Shown here one piece after another: positions 13,353 through 24,760 of a stretch of 64,000 bases of DNA. The notes below the pieces were generated by a model. That model had not been told where the DNA came from. It saw only the letters and a program-made list of their open reading frames with translations, and searched no databases. The stretch is from NCBI GenBank assembly GCA_038087875.1, contig CM075977.1, positions 23,498,001-23,562,000 on the forward strand, given 5' to 3'. This DNA is from Malacoraja senta (taxonomy: Eukaryota). Each line of letters begins with the position of its first letter. Within the stretch, counting starts at the first letter, position 1. The translations under genes and the position numbers were made by a program.

Positions 13353-13600
13353 TAAAAAGTAAAATAGTAATAGTAATAAAATAGTAATAGTAGTTATAGT
13401 AAAGTAATAATTGTAATAGTAATATGAGTAAAATAATAGTAAAAGTAAGTAGTAAATAGTACTAGTAATAGTAAATAGTAAATACATATTAATAATAATA
13501 GTAATAATAATAAATAGTAGTAATAATAATAATAATAATAATAATAGTAATAATAGTAATAAAGTAAAATAATAATGTGTAGATAGGTAGATAGGTAGAT
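13345..13600. repeat. Degenerate (TAA/TAG)n microsatellite plus (TAGA/TAGG)n
   Basis: Seen directly in the sequence. Confidence 0.9.
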
Positions 13601-14220
13601 AGGTTGTATGAGTTTATTGGCCAAGTATTCACGTACAAGTAATTTGCCTTGGTGCTCCGCCCACAAGTGACAACGACATACAGTGACAGTTAGGAATGAC
13701 ACATAAAACATTAAACATTAATAATGAAACATTATTGATTAAACATGTGAATTAAATAAAATACCAGGGCAAAAGGAGGCTACATATTTTTGGTTATTGA
13801 GTAGAGCTACTACTCGTGGAAAAATGCTGTTTTTATGTCTGGCTGTGGCAGCTTTGACTGTCCAGAGTCGCCTTCCAGAGGTAAGTGATTCAAAGAGTTT
13901 GTGGCCAAGGTGAGAAGGGTCAGAGATGATTTTACCCACTCGCTTCCTGGCCCTTGCAGTGTACAGTTCAGCAATGGAGGGAAGGTTGCAGCCAATAACC
14001 TTCTCAGCTGATCGGATGATTCGCTGCAGCCTCCGGATGTCGTGCTTGGTGGCTGAGCCAAACCAGACCATGATGGAGAAGGTGAGAACAGACTCTGCGA
14101 TGGCCGTATAGAATTGGACCATCATTGGCTGTGGCAGATTGTGCTTCCTCAGCTGCTGCAGGAAGTACATCCTCTGTTGTGCCTTTTTGACTGTGGAGTT
14201 GATGGTGGCCCCCCATTTAA
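13600..14220 (-). mobile_element. Rex1/Babar-like LINE 3' fragment
   Basis: MYFLQQLRKHNLP...FYTAIAESVLTFSIMVWFG...LQRIIRSAEKVIG is homologous to the C-terminus of the 59-kb element. Confidence 0.8.
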
Positions 14221-14564
14221 NNNNNNNNNNNNNNNNNNNNNNNNNNNNNNNNNNNNNNNNNNNNNNNNNNNNNNNNNNNNNNNNNNNNNNNNNNNNNNNN
14301 NNNNNNNNNNNNNNNNNNNNNNNNNNNNNNNNNNNNNNNNNNNNNNNNNNNNAGGACTCTCCAGTTGAAAGAAAAGACTTTGCCTTCCATCACAGTGAGG
14401 AGGAGATTCACTGTGATGGATGTTTTTCTGTAAATTGAATTGTTTGTGTGTCTTGTAGGAATTGTTTTGTTTGTATGGCTGTGGAAACAGAGTTTCGTTT
14501 GAGCCTCTTTGAGGTTCAAATGACAAGAAATAAATCAAATCAAATCAAATCAAATCAAAGGCTG

Positions 14565-15230
14565 AGTCTCTAGTCTCTTTCTCCCCTGACTCTCAGTCTG
14601 AAGAAAGGTTAATCATCTCTACGATAGATACAAAATACTGATAACTCAGTGGGATGAGTATCCTCTCTGATGAGAAGGAATGGGTGACATCTCGGGTCGA
14701 GACTCTTCTTCAGACAGTCAGGGGAGAGAGAGACTAGAGATATGTGCAAGGGCAAGGTGCGAAAACGACAGCTCAAAGCAGACGACAATCAGGGAAATGT
14801 AGAATGGATCAGTGCTGGCTGAAGGGGAAGATAGCAACGAGGCATAAAATCATAAAAATTAATCAGTAGGACAGTGAACTAGTCAGACAACTAGAGTGGC
14901 GGAGGGACGGCGAGAGAGGGAAAGTAACAGTTACTTGAAGTTAGAGAAATCAATATTCATAGTACTGGGTTGTAAGCTGCCCAAGTGAAATATGAGGTGC
15001 TGTTCCTCTAATTAACGTTGGGTCCCCTCCACTGTAATTTACCCAGGACAGAAAGGTCAGTATGGAAATGGGAGGGGGAGTTAAAGTGTGCGGAGGTGTT
15101 CAGCGAAATGATCGCCGAGCCTGCGCTTGGTCTCGCCAATATGTAGGTGTCCACAACTGGAACAGCGGATAGTAGTTGAGGTTGGAGGAGGTGCAAGTGA
15201 ACCTCTGTCTCACTTGAAAGGGCTGTCCTC
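14565..15230 (-). mobile_element. Penelope-like remnant with a short inverted terminal copy
   Basis: QVRQRFTCTSSN and HFNSPSH motifs on the minus strand; 14565-14607 is an inverted copy of 14700-14740. Confidence 0.75.
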
Positions 15231-16399
15231 CGTCCAAGGATCCCTATAAGTGAAGGGGTTTCCCAGTGGTGCTCTGTTTTCTTCCAACGTCCAATGCACT
15301 GGAAGACTGGCCACTGTAAATTATCCCCACAGCCGGGAACTGGTAAAATAATCAAAGGGGAGCTGATGGACATGTGATAAAGAATAGGTTAAAGATAAAT
15401 AAAAGTGTCAATAGGAGTGTGGGGATTATTCTGCTGGGAGCTGGCATGAACCTGATTGGCTGAATGGCCTCCTCTTATATCATAACAAGTAAGTAGGTCA
15501 ATGGGATCATGTTGAATTAATTTGCTGCATTATTTCGTCTGGCTCCTGATGGAACTGTATGTTCTCTTGTTTCTTTCCTTTACAAAATTTAAATTCCATG
15601 AATTTAAGGTGGAGTGATCTGGCTGGATTCTTAAGTACATATTTGGTGGCTTATAAGCTTATTGCTTGCAGATATGAATAGTCCCCTAGGCCTTCTACTC
15701 AGAATTGAATTCATGAGGGAGAATGAGAGGTGGAGGAGCAAGAATGAAAGTGGGGCTCTTATCAGACGAGGGTTTTAAGAAGCAAAAGTTCCTTTCATTT
15801 TTAAAGTGGAGATTGATAGGTTCTTGATTAGTGAGACCGTCAAAGATTATGGCAAGAATCCTGGAGAATGGGATTGTGAAGGAAATATGGATCAGCCACG
15901 ATCAAATGGTAGAGGTGACTCGACAAGCCGAATAGCCTAATTCGGCTCCTGTGTCTTATGATCTTAATGTTCTTTCTTTTTATTAACATCTAAGTCTGAT
16001 CAAGCCTGTACTCATCTACCATACAATCTCTTTAAAAAGCCTTTTATCACAGTTTGTTGGATAAAACCAGCATATGTTAACAATTTCATACATCAATTAT
16101 ATTTTAACTATGCCAAAAATGCATGCAACCTACTGGTCTTATAACTCTTTGTTGCAGCAAATTAAAAATTCTAATCACAATCTAAGAAAAGAGGTCGTTT
16201 TCCATACTATGTACTGAATTTATAATGAATTTCTTATAGTAATACCCTTGAATTTCAGATTCCCCAAGTGTGAAAACAGCTTAATTTTGTCTTGCTTTAA
16301 CTTTAAAGAGTTCTATGAGATAACTTTCAACCATCAATCTTTAACTTCATCTCCTGTTCGTTGCACTTTTCATTGTAAATAATGATTTACTATTTACTG

Positions 16400-16820
16400 G
16401 AGCGGCACAATGGCGCAGCTGATAGAGCTGCTGCCTCACAATGCCAGAGATCCCGGTTCGATTCTGACTTTGAGTGTTTACCTGTGTGGAGCTTGCAGGT
16501 TGTTCCTGTGATCAAGTGCCTTTCATCCCACATTCCAAAGATGTGAGGGTTTTTGGGTTAACTGGCCTCTGTAAATTATCTTTAGTGAGTAGGGTGTGGA
16601 TGTGAAAGTGGGATAACAAAAGTAGTGTGACAGAGTGATTGGCAATCATCAACCTCTCTTACCCTGAATGTAAAGCATTGTATGTGTGGCATTGTTTTCA
16701 GTTAGATTGTGAACTACTTCAGGGAATATTAAATATATTAAATTTGAAACGATGGTTGCCATAAACGTGGTGGGCTAAGAGCCAGTTTCAATGCTGTATC
16801 TCCAAACTGAACTAAACTAT
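16400..16820 (+). mobile_element. tRNA-derived V-domain SINE (HE1-like), interrupted
   Basis: A-box-like TGGCGCAGCTG, B-box-like GGTTCGATTC, core TGTGTGGAGCTTGCA; tail near 16755-16820. Confidence 0.65.
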
Positions 16821-17102
16821 TTTTGCTGTTCACTGATAACATTCTTCAAGAGGGAGGATTTTTTCCTTATTTTCATTTTCTCCAAAATGACATGCCTGCA
16901 AAATAATCTGAGCTGAACTAGCACAATGGTGCTTACCACTCAAATGTGTTACCCTTGAACATATAATATAAATCACAGGTTTATCAATACTTGGCTTAAA
17001 CAACTCTGTGGATTGTCACTTTGTCGTGGTGGAGAAGCTTGTGTGGACCTGAGATCCTGAGAGCGATGCTGTCTGGAGCTATGCTCCTGGTAGGGCCACC
17101 AG

Positions 17103-18650
17103 TGATATTTGGTGGACAGTGTGGGGTGGGATGACCCGTTGCTCCTACCGTGCAGTAGGTGGCGCTGCACAGGACAAAGGGAAGGTACACAAAAATGCTG
17201 GAGAAACTCAGCGGGTGCAGCAGCATCTATGGAGCGAAGGAAATAGGTAACGTTTCGGGCCGAAACCCTTCTTCAAAGGGAGATGTCTTGTATATAGTTT
17301 ATTCTCTGTGTGCAGCCATTTAGAGTTGTCTTGCTGCCAGCATTGAAGTAATGTAATAAAGCTTTCTGTTGTACCTTGAAGACTCTCAAGTACTTGTGCA
17401 GACTTAGAAGACGAACACGAAAGTGATGTGTGGAGTGGGATTCTTCGGATTGCGTCCAAAGACCCAGTTAAGAGCCTATTTATTGTTTTTTTTTAAATAT
17501 ATATTTTTTTGAGTGCTGTAGTGAACTCAAACTAACATGTCTCGGAAATTCGATCGTTTCGATCCCGAGTGAGAAAGGTGGTCATCGTATTTAATGCGAG
17601 CTGAGTTTTATTTTGAATGTATGGCATTCACGACTGACCAGAGGAAGAAGGCTCTCTTGTGTTCGTCGATGTCTCCAGAAACATTTGCACTGCTTCAAAA
17701 TTTACTTACAGAAGAAGTAACTGAAGCCTCATATGCTGAAATCACAACGACTTTGCAGCTACATTTCGAAGAAAGTTGAAATTTCCTTGCAGCTCGCCTT
17801 GATTTCTACAGAACGCTGCAACAGGAAGGGCAATCGATCACCGAATTTCTTGCCGAACTTCGCACCAAGGCAAAAGAATGTGATTTTACATCTCAATGCT
17901 GCGAAAAGTGCCAAGACAATGCGTTGCGGGATAGACTGGTCATGGGCTGCAGGCATGCATTCATCCAGCAGGCGATTCTCAAGGAATCGGACGTCTCATT
18001 GAAGAATGTGCTGCAGTGTGCTAAGATGGCCGAGCTACTGAGTAAAGAACTGCAAAAATGGCCGGCGAAACAGCGTCAAAACTCCCTCAGGAGGTGCATA
18101 CAGTTCGTCTGACTAGTCCGCAACTCCAGAAACCAGTTGATCGACCCAGAGCAAATCCGGAGAAGGTTGGACAGTTTCAGAAGAGCCGTCCCCCTGTGGG
18201 GGGAGGATCGAAACCCTGCTACCGGTGCAGCTCGACTGCTCATCATCACCGTGAGTGCCCATATGTCAAGTCCGTTTGTTATGCCTGTTACCGAAAAGGT
18301 CATCTCCAGGCAGTGATTCAATCAGTAGGAAAGCTGAGAAAGGGCAAGAAAGCGATAGACAGTCGACCAAATTCCTATTGAAGTGCTCGATGTGTCTACG
18401 ATCACCGACAAGACGAGGATTTCGCTGTGGGTCTCGAACGTCGATCTACAGTTCCAGGTGGACACTGGTGCGGCTGTGTCGCTAGGGGGTCAGGACATCT
18501 GGGAGAGGATCAGATCGCCGAAACTGAAACTGGCCAACAACCGCCTTTTTGGATACGGACGACAGCCCATTCCCACGAAAGGCAAATGAACTGTCGCCGT
18601 TTCCTGTAATGGTATGACACGGATGTTGCGGCTGATCGTCTGGGTCATTT
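17103..18650 (+). mobile_element. Gypsy (Mag-like) LTR retrotransposon 5' remnant: putative LTR, gag, protease
   Basis: Decayed gag from ATG 17537 (LRDRLVMG; knuckles CYRC...H..RECP..C..C..GH) and protease FQVDTGAAVS; truncated by a CR1. LTR limits are approximate. Confidence 0.8.
17183..17273 (-). mobile_element. ~90-bp hammerhead-bearing mini-element
   Basis: 8-bp TSD CAAAGGGA (17175-82 and 17274-81); reverse complement of the 18752 copy. Confidence 0.85.
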
Positions 18651-18751
18651 AGGTCATTGAAAGTAGGCATGCAGGTGCAGCAGGCAGTGAAGAAAGCGAA
18701 TGGTATGTTAGCATTCATAGCAAAAGGATTTGAGTATAGGAGCAGGGAGGT

Positions 18752-18783
18752 CTGAAGAAGGGTTTCGGCCCGAAACGTTACCT
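18752..18783 (+). ncRNA. Minimal type-I hammerhead ribozyme motif (best-preserved copy)
   Basis: CUGAAGA, extra A, helix II GGGU-UUCG-GCCC, GAA, palindromic ACGU (helix III formed in a dimer), then U17. Helix I is AGGU(18748-51)/ACCU(18780-83). Confidence 0.75.
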
Positions 18784-18841
18784 ATTTCCTTCGCTCCATA
18801 GATGCTGCTGCACCCGCTGAGTTTCTCCAGCATTTTTGTGT
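18752..18841 (+). mobile_element. ~90-bp hammerhead-bearing Penelope-derived mini-element inserted in a CR1
   Basis: Interrupts CR1 ...GGGAGGT|TCTAC with duplication of AGGT; identical over ~89 nt to the inverted copy at 17.2 kb. Confidence 0.85.
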
Positions 18842-21609
18842 AGGTTCTACTACAGTTGTACAGGGTGTTGGTGAGACCACACCTGGAGTATTGCGTACAG
18901 TTTTGGTCTCCTAATCTGAGGAAGGACATTCTTGCCATAGAGGGAGTACAGAGAAGGTTCACCAAACTGATTCCTGGGATGGCAGGACTTTCATATGAAG
19001 AAAGACTGGATAGACTCGGCTTGTACTCGCTAGAATTTAGAAGATTGAGGGGGGGTCTTATAGAAACTTACAAAATTCTTAAGGGGTTGGACAGGCTAGA
19101 TGCAGGAAGATTATTCCCGATGTTGGGGAAGTCCAGAACAAGGGGTCACAGTTTAAGGATAAGAGGGAAGTCTTTTAGGACCGAGATGAGAAAATCATTT
19201 TTTACACAGAGAGTGGTGAATCTGTGGAATTCTCTGCCACTGAAGGTAGTTGAGGCCAGTTCATTGGCTATATTTAAGAGGGAGTTAGATGTGGCCCTTG
19301 TGGCTAAAGGGATCAGGGGGTATGGAGAGAAGGCAGGTACAGGATACTGAGTTGGATGATCAGCCATGATCATATTGAATGGCGGTGCAGGCTCGAAGGG
19401 CCGAATGGCCTACTCCTGCACCTATTTTCTATGTTAGGTTTTGGAAATTCACCCTTCCTGAATTCACAATGCACCACCCAATGGTTTGAAACATGGAATA
19501 AAATTCACTCTCATGCAATTTATGTGATAAAGTAAATAAGACGTCAATTCCTTTTCTCCAACTCACATTTCTTGGTGTATGCACAGATAACACAGCTTCA
19601 TATAACGGAAAATCACGATTATGCCTGTTTTCGAGGAACAGCTTCCCTTTGTTTTGCAGGGGGAGTGCCTGCAATTAATGATCCCCCCCCCCCCCCATTT
19701 TAAGCATGTTTGGCTAAGATTTAATTATTGAATCAGATAATGTTAATTGGTGTAATATGCAAAGATCATTTGTTCGGCGATGATAGTTTGATATTGAATT
19801 CCACATGGCTGCAAGTTTGTTCTGACAAATTTGTCTTTTTGACTTTACGCCATTTTGGCAGACAAATGGCTGTTAGATGCATCTGATTTCCTGCCTATCT
19901 CATTGTTTCTACCAAGGAATAACAGCTGCACAATAACAGCATAACAAACATAGTGTTAAACTATTGAATCCCATATTTCATAATCTTGTCCTTCATGTGA
20001 TTTATATCTTGAATGCACAAATCATATCAAATGTACAGAATGGTTTGTCAAATCTTTCTTGTAAAGGATTGGTTTAAATGCTGTTTTCAAGCCTTGGTTG
20101 GAAGAGGGGTATTAATACTATTCCCAATCCATGCGAGAGTGGAAATCATTTTCTATATCACCTGCATTAATACTATGTTCTCTTGTTGTCAGTAGCTGTG
20201 CACCAAAATCTTCCACAGAACGTTGTTACTTGAATTTCAATCAATCAATCAATCAAGTTTTATTCAATCAAGTTTTATAAGTGCAAGTGAAATGAATTTG
20301 CCAGCAGTGGTACAATAAAAAAGAACACACAATACACAATAAAAACATTTACACAAACATCCATCACAGCATTCATCACTGTGGTGGATGGCACAAAATT
20401 TGGCCAGTCCTCCTCCATTTTCCCCCGTGGTCGGGACCTCAACCTTCCGCAGTCGCTGCTGCAGGCATCCAGATGTACAGTCAAGGTAAGTCCAGGAAAG
20501 TCCTGAATCGGTGCCACCCCACCGGAGACCACGGCTTCAAGATGGTGTTGGCCGCACGCCGGCGGCGGAAGATTTAAACAGCTTCAGCCAGAAGCACCGC
20601 AGACTGCAGGGCCAGTGGTCAGAGCTCCTCTCCAGGGATCCCTGGCGAGGGACCCCGCTCCGGATGGTAAGTCCCCGCCGCGCCCGCGGTAGAAGTTGGA
20701 CGCGGGCCGGCGGTAGGAGCTCTTCTCCTCCGGGGTCCCCAACAAGGGATCCCAGGCTGCGGACGCTGCGCCAGCTGGAGCTCCGCAGACCGCGGTTTCA
20801 GGCTGCCACGGGCCAGCGAACGGAGCGCTGCCTCCTGGCGACCCCCGGCGAGGGCTCGCCCACTCCACGACGAAATTCCGCGCTGCGCCTGCTGCTGATG
20901 TTAGGCCACGGGGGAGGCGACATGGAAAAAGTCGCCTCTCCGTGGAGGAGGCAACCGAAGCGGTTTCACCCTTACCCCCCCACACCACCCCCCACACAAG
21001 ACACACAAAGAAACATTAAAAACATACATTAAGACACACTAAAAAAACAAAAAAAGTTGAAAAAACGAACACGCTGCTGGCAGGGCTGCCGGCTTGCAAC
21101 ACCGCCACCGACCAATTTATTGCTTAAGTAATGAAATAAACTGATCATTGATAGCGTTATATTACACCACAATCCTTCTCTGTTAGCTTCATTCATGGTC
21201 ATGTACAAGTTGACTAAAAAACAAATTAAACTCCTTGACAACTCAATTGTATTTGTGTCTCATTGACCTGTCCTTCCAGAAATACAGAATTAGATTAAGA
21301 TTACTACCTGTGACAGAAATATTGCAATATGCTTAATGATCTACGTACATTGTTCCTTCTATAATTCAGCATAAATAACATACTCCCAATTCTCTGGGCA
21401 ACCTGAAATAAAAGAAAAAGATTGGGGGAGAAAAAGAGCAAAAGAAAAGAGGACGAGGAAAATTAGGAGACCATTTGTTTCTACTCTTGCTATTTTAGGT
21501 TTATTATTGATATTTTCCAATCAGAGATTTTGTTTCCAACTGTTTGAAATGACATCAATTAAGTTGTTACCAAGGAATAAGAATTTGAAAATGCCATTAA
21601 CATAGACCA

Positions 21610-22408
21610 CCAGGGTCGCCGGGACGATGGCTGCCCTGCCGGCAGTCTGTTTGTCTTTTCACTCTTTTTGTTATTTTTTAGTTTGTTAAAAGTTTTGTTT
21701 TAATGTTCTTCGGTTTGTTTTATATGGGGGGAGGGGGATGGGACCGGGGGGAGGGGAGGGGGGAGGGGACCGGGGGAGGGGGGAGGGGATCGGGGGAAAC
21801 TTTTTTTCAGGTTCTTACCTTCCCGGAGATGTGATCAATTTTCGGATCACATTCTCCGGGCTCCGCCGGCCTACCATCGATGGAGCTGGAAGCCTCCTCG
21901 GACTGTCACGAACTCCACCGCGGGGAGTGGACTTAACATCGGAGCTGATCCCTTGCCTGGGATCGCTCCCACCGCAACCACCGCGGACTTACCATCAAGG
22001 GCTCGCAGTCTGGGGAGAGGCTAGTTGGGAAATCCAATGTCGCGGAAGGTTCGACCAGCCCCGACGCAAGGTTCGATCGCCCGGCGCGGGGGAGCTGACA
22101 ACCCCCCGATGCGGGAGCTGATCGCCTCGACCCGGAGGGCCCGAACACCGCCGGCTACAGGAGTCAAAATCGTCCCGTCAATGGGGGCTCGAGGCCCACG
22201 ACCGAGGAAGAATTAAGGGAAGGGACTTGAACTTTATTTCGCCTTCCATCACAGTGAGGAATGTGTAGGAGTCACTGTGGTGGATGTTCATGTTAAAATG
22301 TGTTTTTGAGTGATCTGTTACTTTTAATTGTGTGACTGACCTGGCCAATGAAATTCCTTGTATGTTGCAAAACATACTTGGCGAATAAAGTGTGATTCTG
22401 ATTCTGAA
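21610..22408 (+). mobile_element. GC-rich non-coding interspersed retroelement family (copies also at 3470-4255+, 14354-14558+, 20236-21110-, 61561-63240+)
   Basis: Shared T-rich head, CpG-rich body, conserved GCCTTCC(A/C)(T/C)CACAGTG motif, and AATAAA plus a short tandem tail. Confidence 0.7.
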
Positions 22409-22543
22409 CTGTATTATGGAGATTGGTAAAATTGCACTTCCAGTACATATTGAACATATAGCCTGGGGAAAAAAAAAACTCTTCTAATTTGTAAGTGAAG
22501 TTCTAAGCTTCAAGATAAGTTACAATTATATTACAATTTGAAG

Positions 22544-22632
22544 GAGGGTCTCGACCCAAAACGTCACCTATTCCTTCGCTCTATAGATGCTGCCTCACCC
22601 GCTGAGTTTCTCCAGCATTTTTGTCTACTTTC
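22544..22632 (+). mobile_element. ~90-bp hammerhead-family mini-element (GGGTCTCGACCC subfamily)
   Basis: 15-bp TSD TATTACAATTTGAAG (22529-43 and 22633-47); same body (...ACGTCACCTATTCC...GATGCTGC...GCTGAGTTTCTCCAGCA). Confidence 0.85.
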
Positions 22633-23323
22633 TATTACAATTTGAAGTGATGTTTACTCCGTAGATCCCATGATTTCAACAACAAATGACATTTTGTTTG
22701 GAGACATCAACAGCAGATGAAACAATTCATAACTGATGTCACTTTTCTACAGCAAGTTAATAGTTTCCACCGTTGAACATTGGAATGTCTTTAGAGGTTA
22801 ATTCAAAGAACAGACACTTCATGTTTGGTCTATTTTTGATTCATATGTTAAAAATATTTTAATTGTTATGGTAAATGTGGCACTATTTCGCATTAACTGG
22901 ATTAGCGATGAATAGAATATTAAATGAGGTATCTTGGCACAGTTATTATTTGTATTGCGCATGGATAATCTCTGTGCAATGGATGCTGTTTGAAAATAAC
23001 AAGTGAAAGGAATTCTTCATTCATACTGAAATGTGTTCCAGGCATTTAAATCTCGGATTTAATACAGACATTGAAATCCTACTGTCTATGTAGAAAATCC
23101 ATGTTGCTGTCAATAATATATCAGCCTTACAATAGCTCAGACACAGTTATTGCTGTTACCGTGCTCATTTAACCATTACTTTGTCATTACATCAAATATA
23201 CCACTTGGCATTAACTGAGATATCAAATGTAATACTTGCATTTATACTTCAATTTAACTTGACGTTGAGCGTTAACATTTGGACAAAAAGCATTCTCTAG
23301 AGTGCAGTAATACAAGACCAGAA

Positions 23324-23326
<3 letters not shown>

Positions 23327-23363
<37 letters not shown>

Positions 23364-23470
23364 CTTTATTTGTATAGCACTGTTAATACAATTGAATGAA
23401 ACCCAAAGTGCTTTCCACAAAAAACACAGGTCTAAACAAAAATACAATAAGCACAGATTTATATAAAAAT
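23327..23470 (-). mobile_element. L2-like LINE/SINE 3' tail with (ATT)n (a second one at 24570-24730)
   Basis: Minus strand reads AAAGCACTTTG...GTGCTATACAAATAAAGTT(ATT)n. Confidence 0.5.
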
Positions 23471-23972
23471 ATAAAATGTTTAAAAAAAATTGAGAGTGTA
23501 AAAGGACAAAAACCCAAAACCACTGAGGTCCATATATTATATGAGCGCACAAACTGCTGAAGGGAATGCTGAGATAAATACAAGAGAATACATTGTGGTA
23601 CAAATTGATTTCTGAAGCTGTGAAAGTAAAGCAAAATTAACAAAAGAATCAACAACAAAAAAGACTTGATGAGCCTCTAAAAGGATCTGCCACAGTTTGA
23701 TGTGAAAGTACCCTCACTTTGATGCAAATACATGGCACCATAAATAAGTGTCTGTGTTCCCTCAGTAATATGGTGTATGGGTCCACACTTATTCAGCAAT
23801 AAAAGCCAAGCAGCTTCAGGATTGATTCCTAGTCTGTGCTAAATTATCTGATTTCCGGAAGGATGTTACAGATGCACACCTTCCCTGCCCTACCACCACA
23901 GCTAAGATCAAAAACCTTCCTCATACACTTTCCAATTTATGAGAAAAGACTGAATGATTGAATCAGGTAGCA

Positions 23973-24095
23973 TGGGTCTCAACCCAAAACGTCACCTATT
24001 CCTTTTCTCCATAGATGATGTCTGACCCACTGAGTTACTCCAGCTTTATGTGTTTATCTTTGGTTTAAACCAGCAACTACAGTTCCTTCCTACAG
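23973..24095 (+). mobile_element. Decayed hammerhead-family / Penelope terminal-repeat fragment
   Basis: GGGTCTCAACCCAAAACGTCACCTATTCC...CAGTTCCTTCCTACA. Similar decayed copies lie at about 26367-26485(+), 42160-42252(-), 47735-47830(+) and 49672-49790(-). Confidence 0.7.
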
Positions 24096-24568
24096 AGCAG
24101 AAAACACCTGGTACTTATGAGTTAAATTGTAAAACTTAACTAAGGTAGAAATACATTGAAATAGAAATAAACCAGTGTGTAAGGGCTGAATTACATTCCT
24201 TGTTTCTTTTGAATTTCATTTAATTTTCAATCATAATTTAACATAGAACACATGATAGGACCATGCGTGCCAGCTCCTAATGTCTGTGCTGAACATGATT
24301 CCAAATTAAATTAATCCTGCCTGCACATGATCTATTTGCCTCCATTTCTTGCATATTTTTGTGCCTATTTAATGGCCTCTTAAATGCCATGATATTTGCT
24401 TCCACCACCACCCCTGGCACACAACACACCCAGTGCAAAGAACTTGCCCCACATAGCTCCTTTAAACTTCTCCCCTCTCCCTTTAAAGCTATGCCATCTA
24501 GTGTTTGATATTTTCATCCTGGGAAAAAGATTCTGATTGTCTCTCCTATTTATGCCTCTCATAACTTG

Positions 24569-24600
<32 letters not shown>

Positions 24601-24760
24601 TTTATTTATACTTTAAAAACAACCACCGTTGCAACAAAGTGCTGTACATGACCAATCACAAACATAAAACAAAACAACTAAACATTAAAAGACAGTAAAA
24701 ACAATAAAAAACACTAAAACAGGAGCAAACAATGATACATAGATACATAGATACATAGAA

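Larger units (their letters stand above)
18653..19433 (+). mobile_element. CR1 LINE 3' fragment (TTCTATGT-tail subfamily), interrupted by a hammerhead element
   Basis: ORF 18856-19350 is the CR1 C-terminus; conserved 3' UTR. Confidence 0.92.

Noticed and set aside
12027-13487. Extensin-like (YTPP)n and (GSVW)n ORFs
   Set aside because: These are translations of a 12-bp satellite and an AT microsatellite inside a Helitron.
16400-16470. tRNA gene
   Set aside because: The A/B boxes run directly into a SINE core and there is no complete cloverleaf.
20511-21032. GC-rich 173-aa ORF or an independent CpG-island gene
   Set aside because: It lies within an interspersed repeat copy, and the ORF is not preserved in the other copies.
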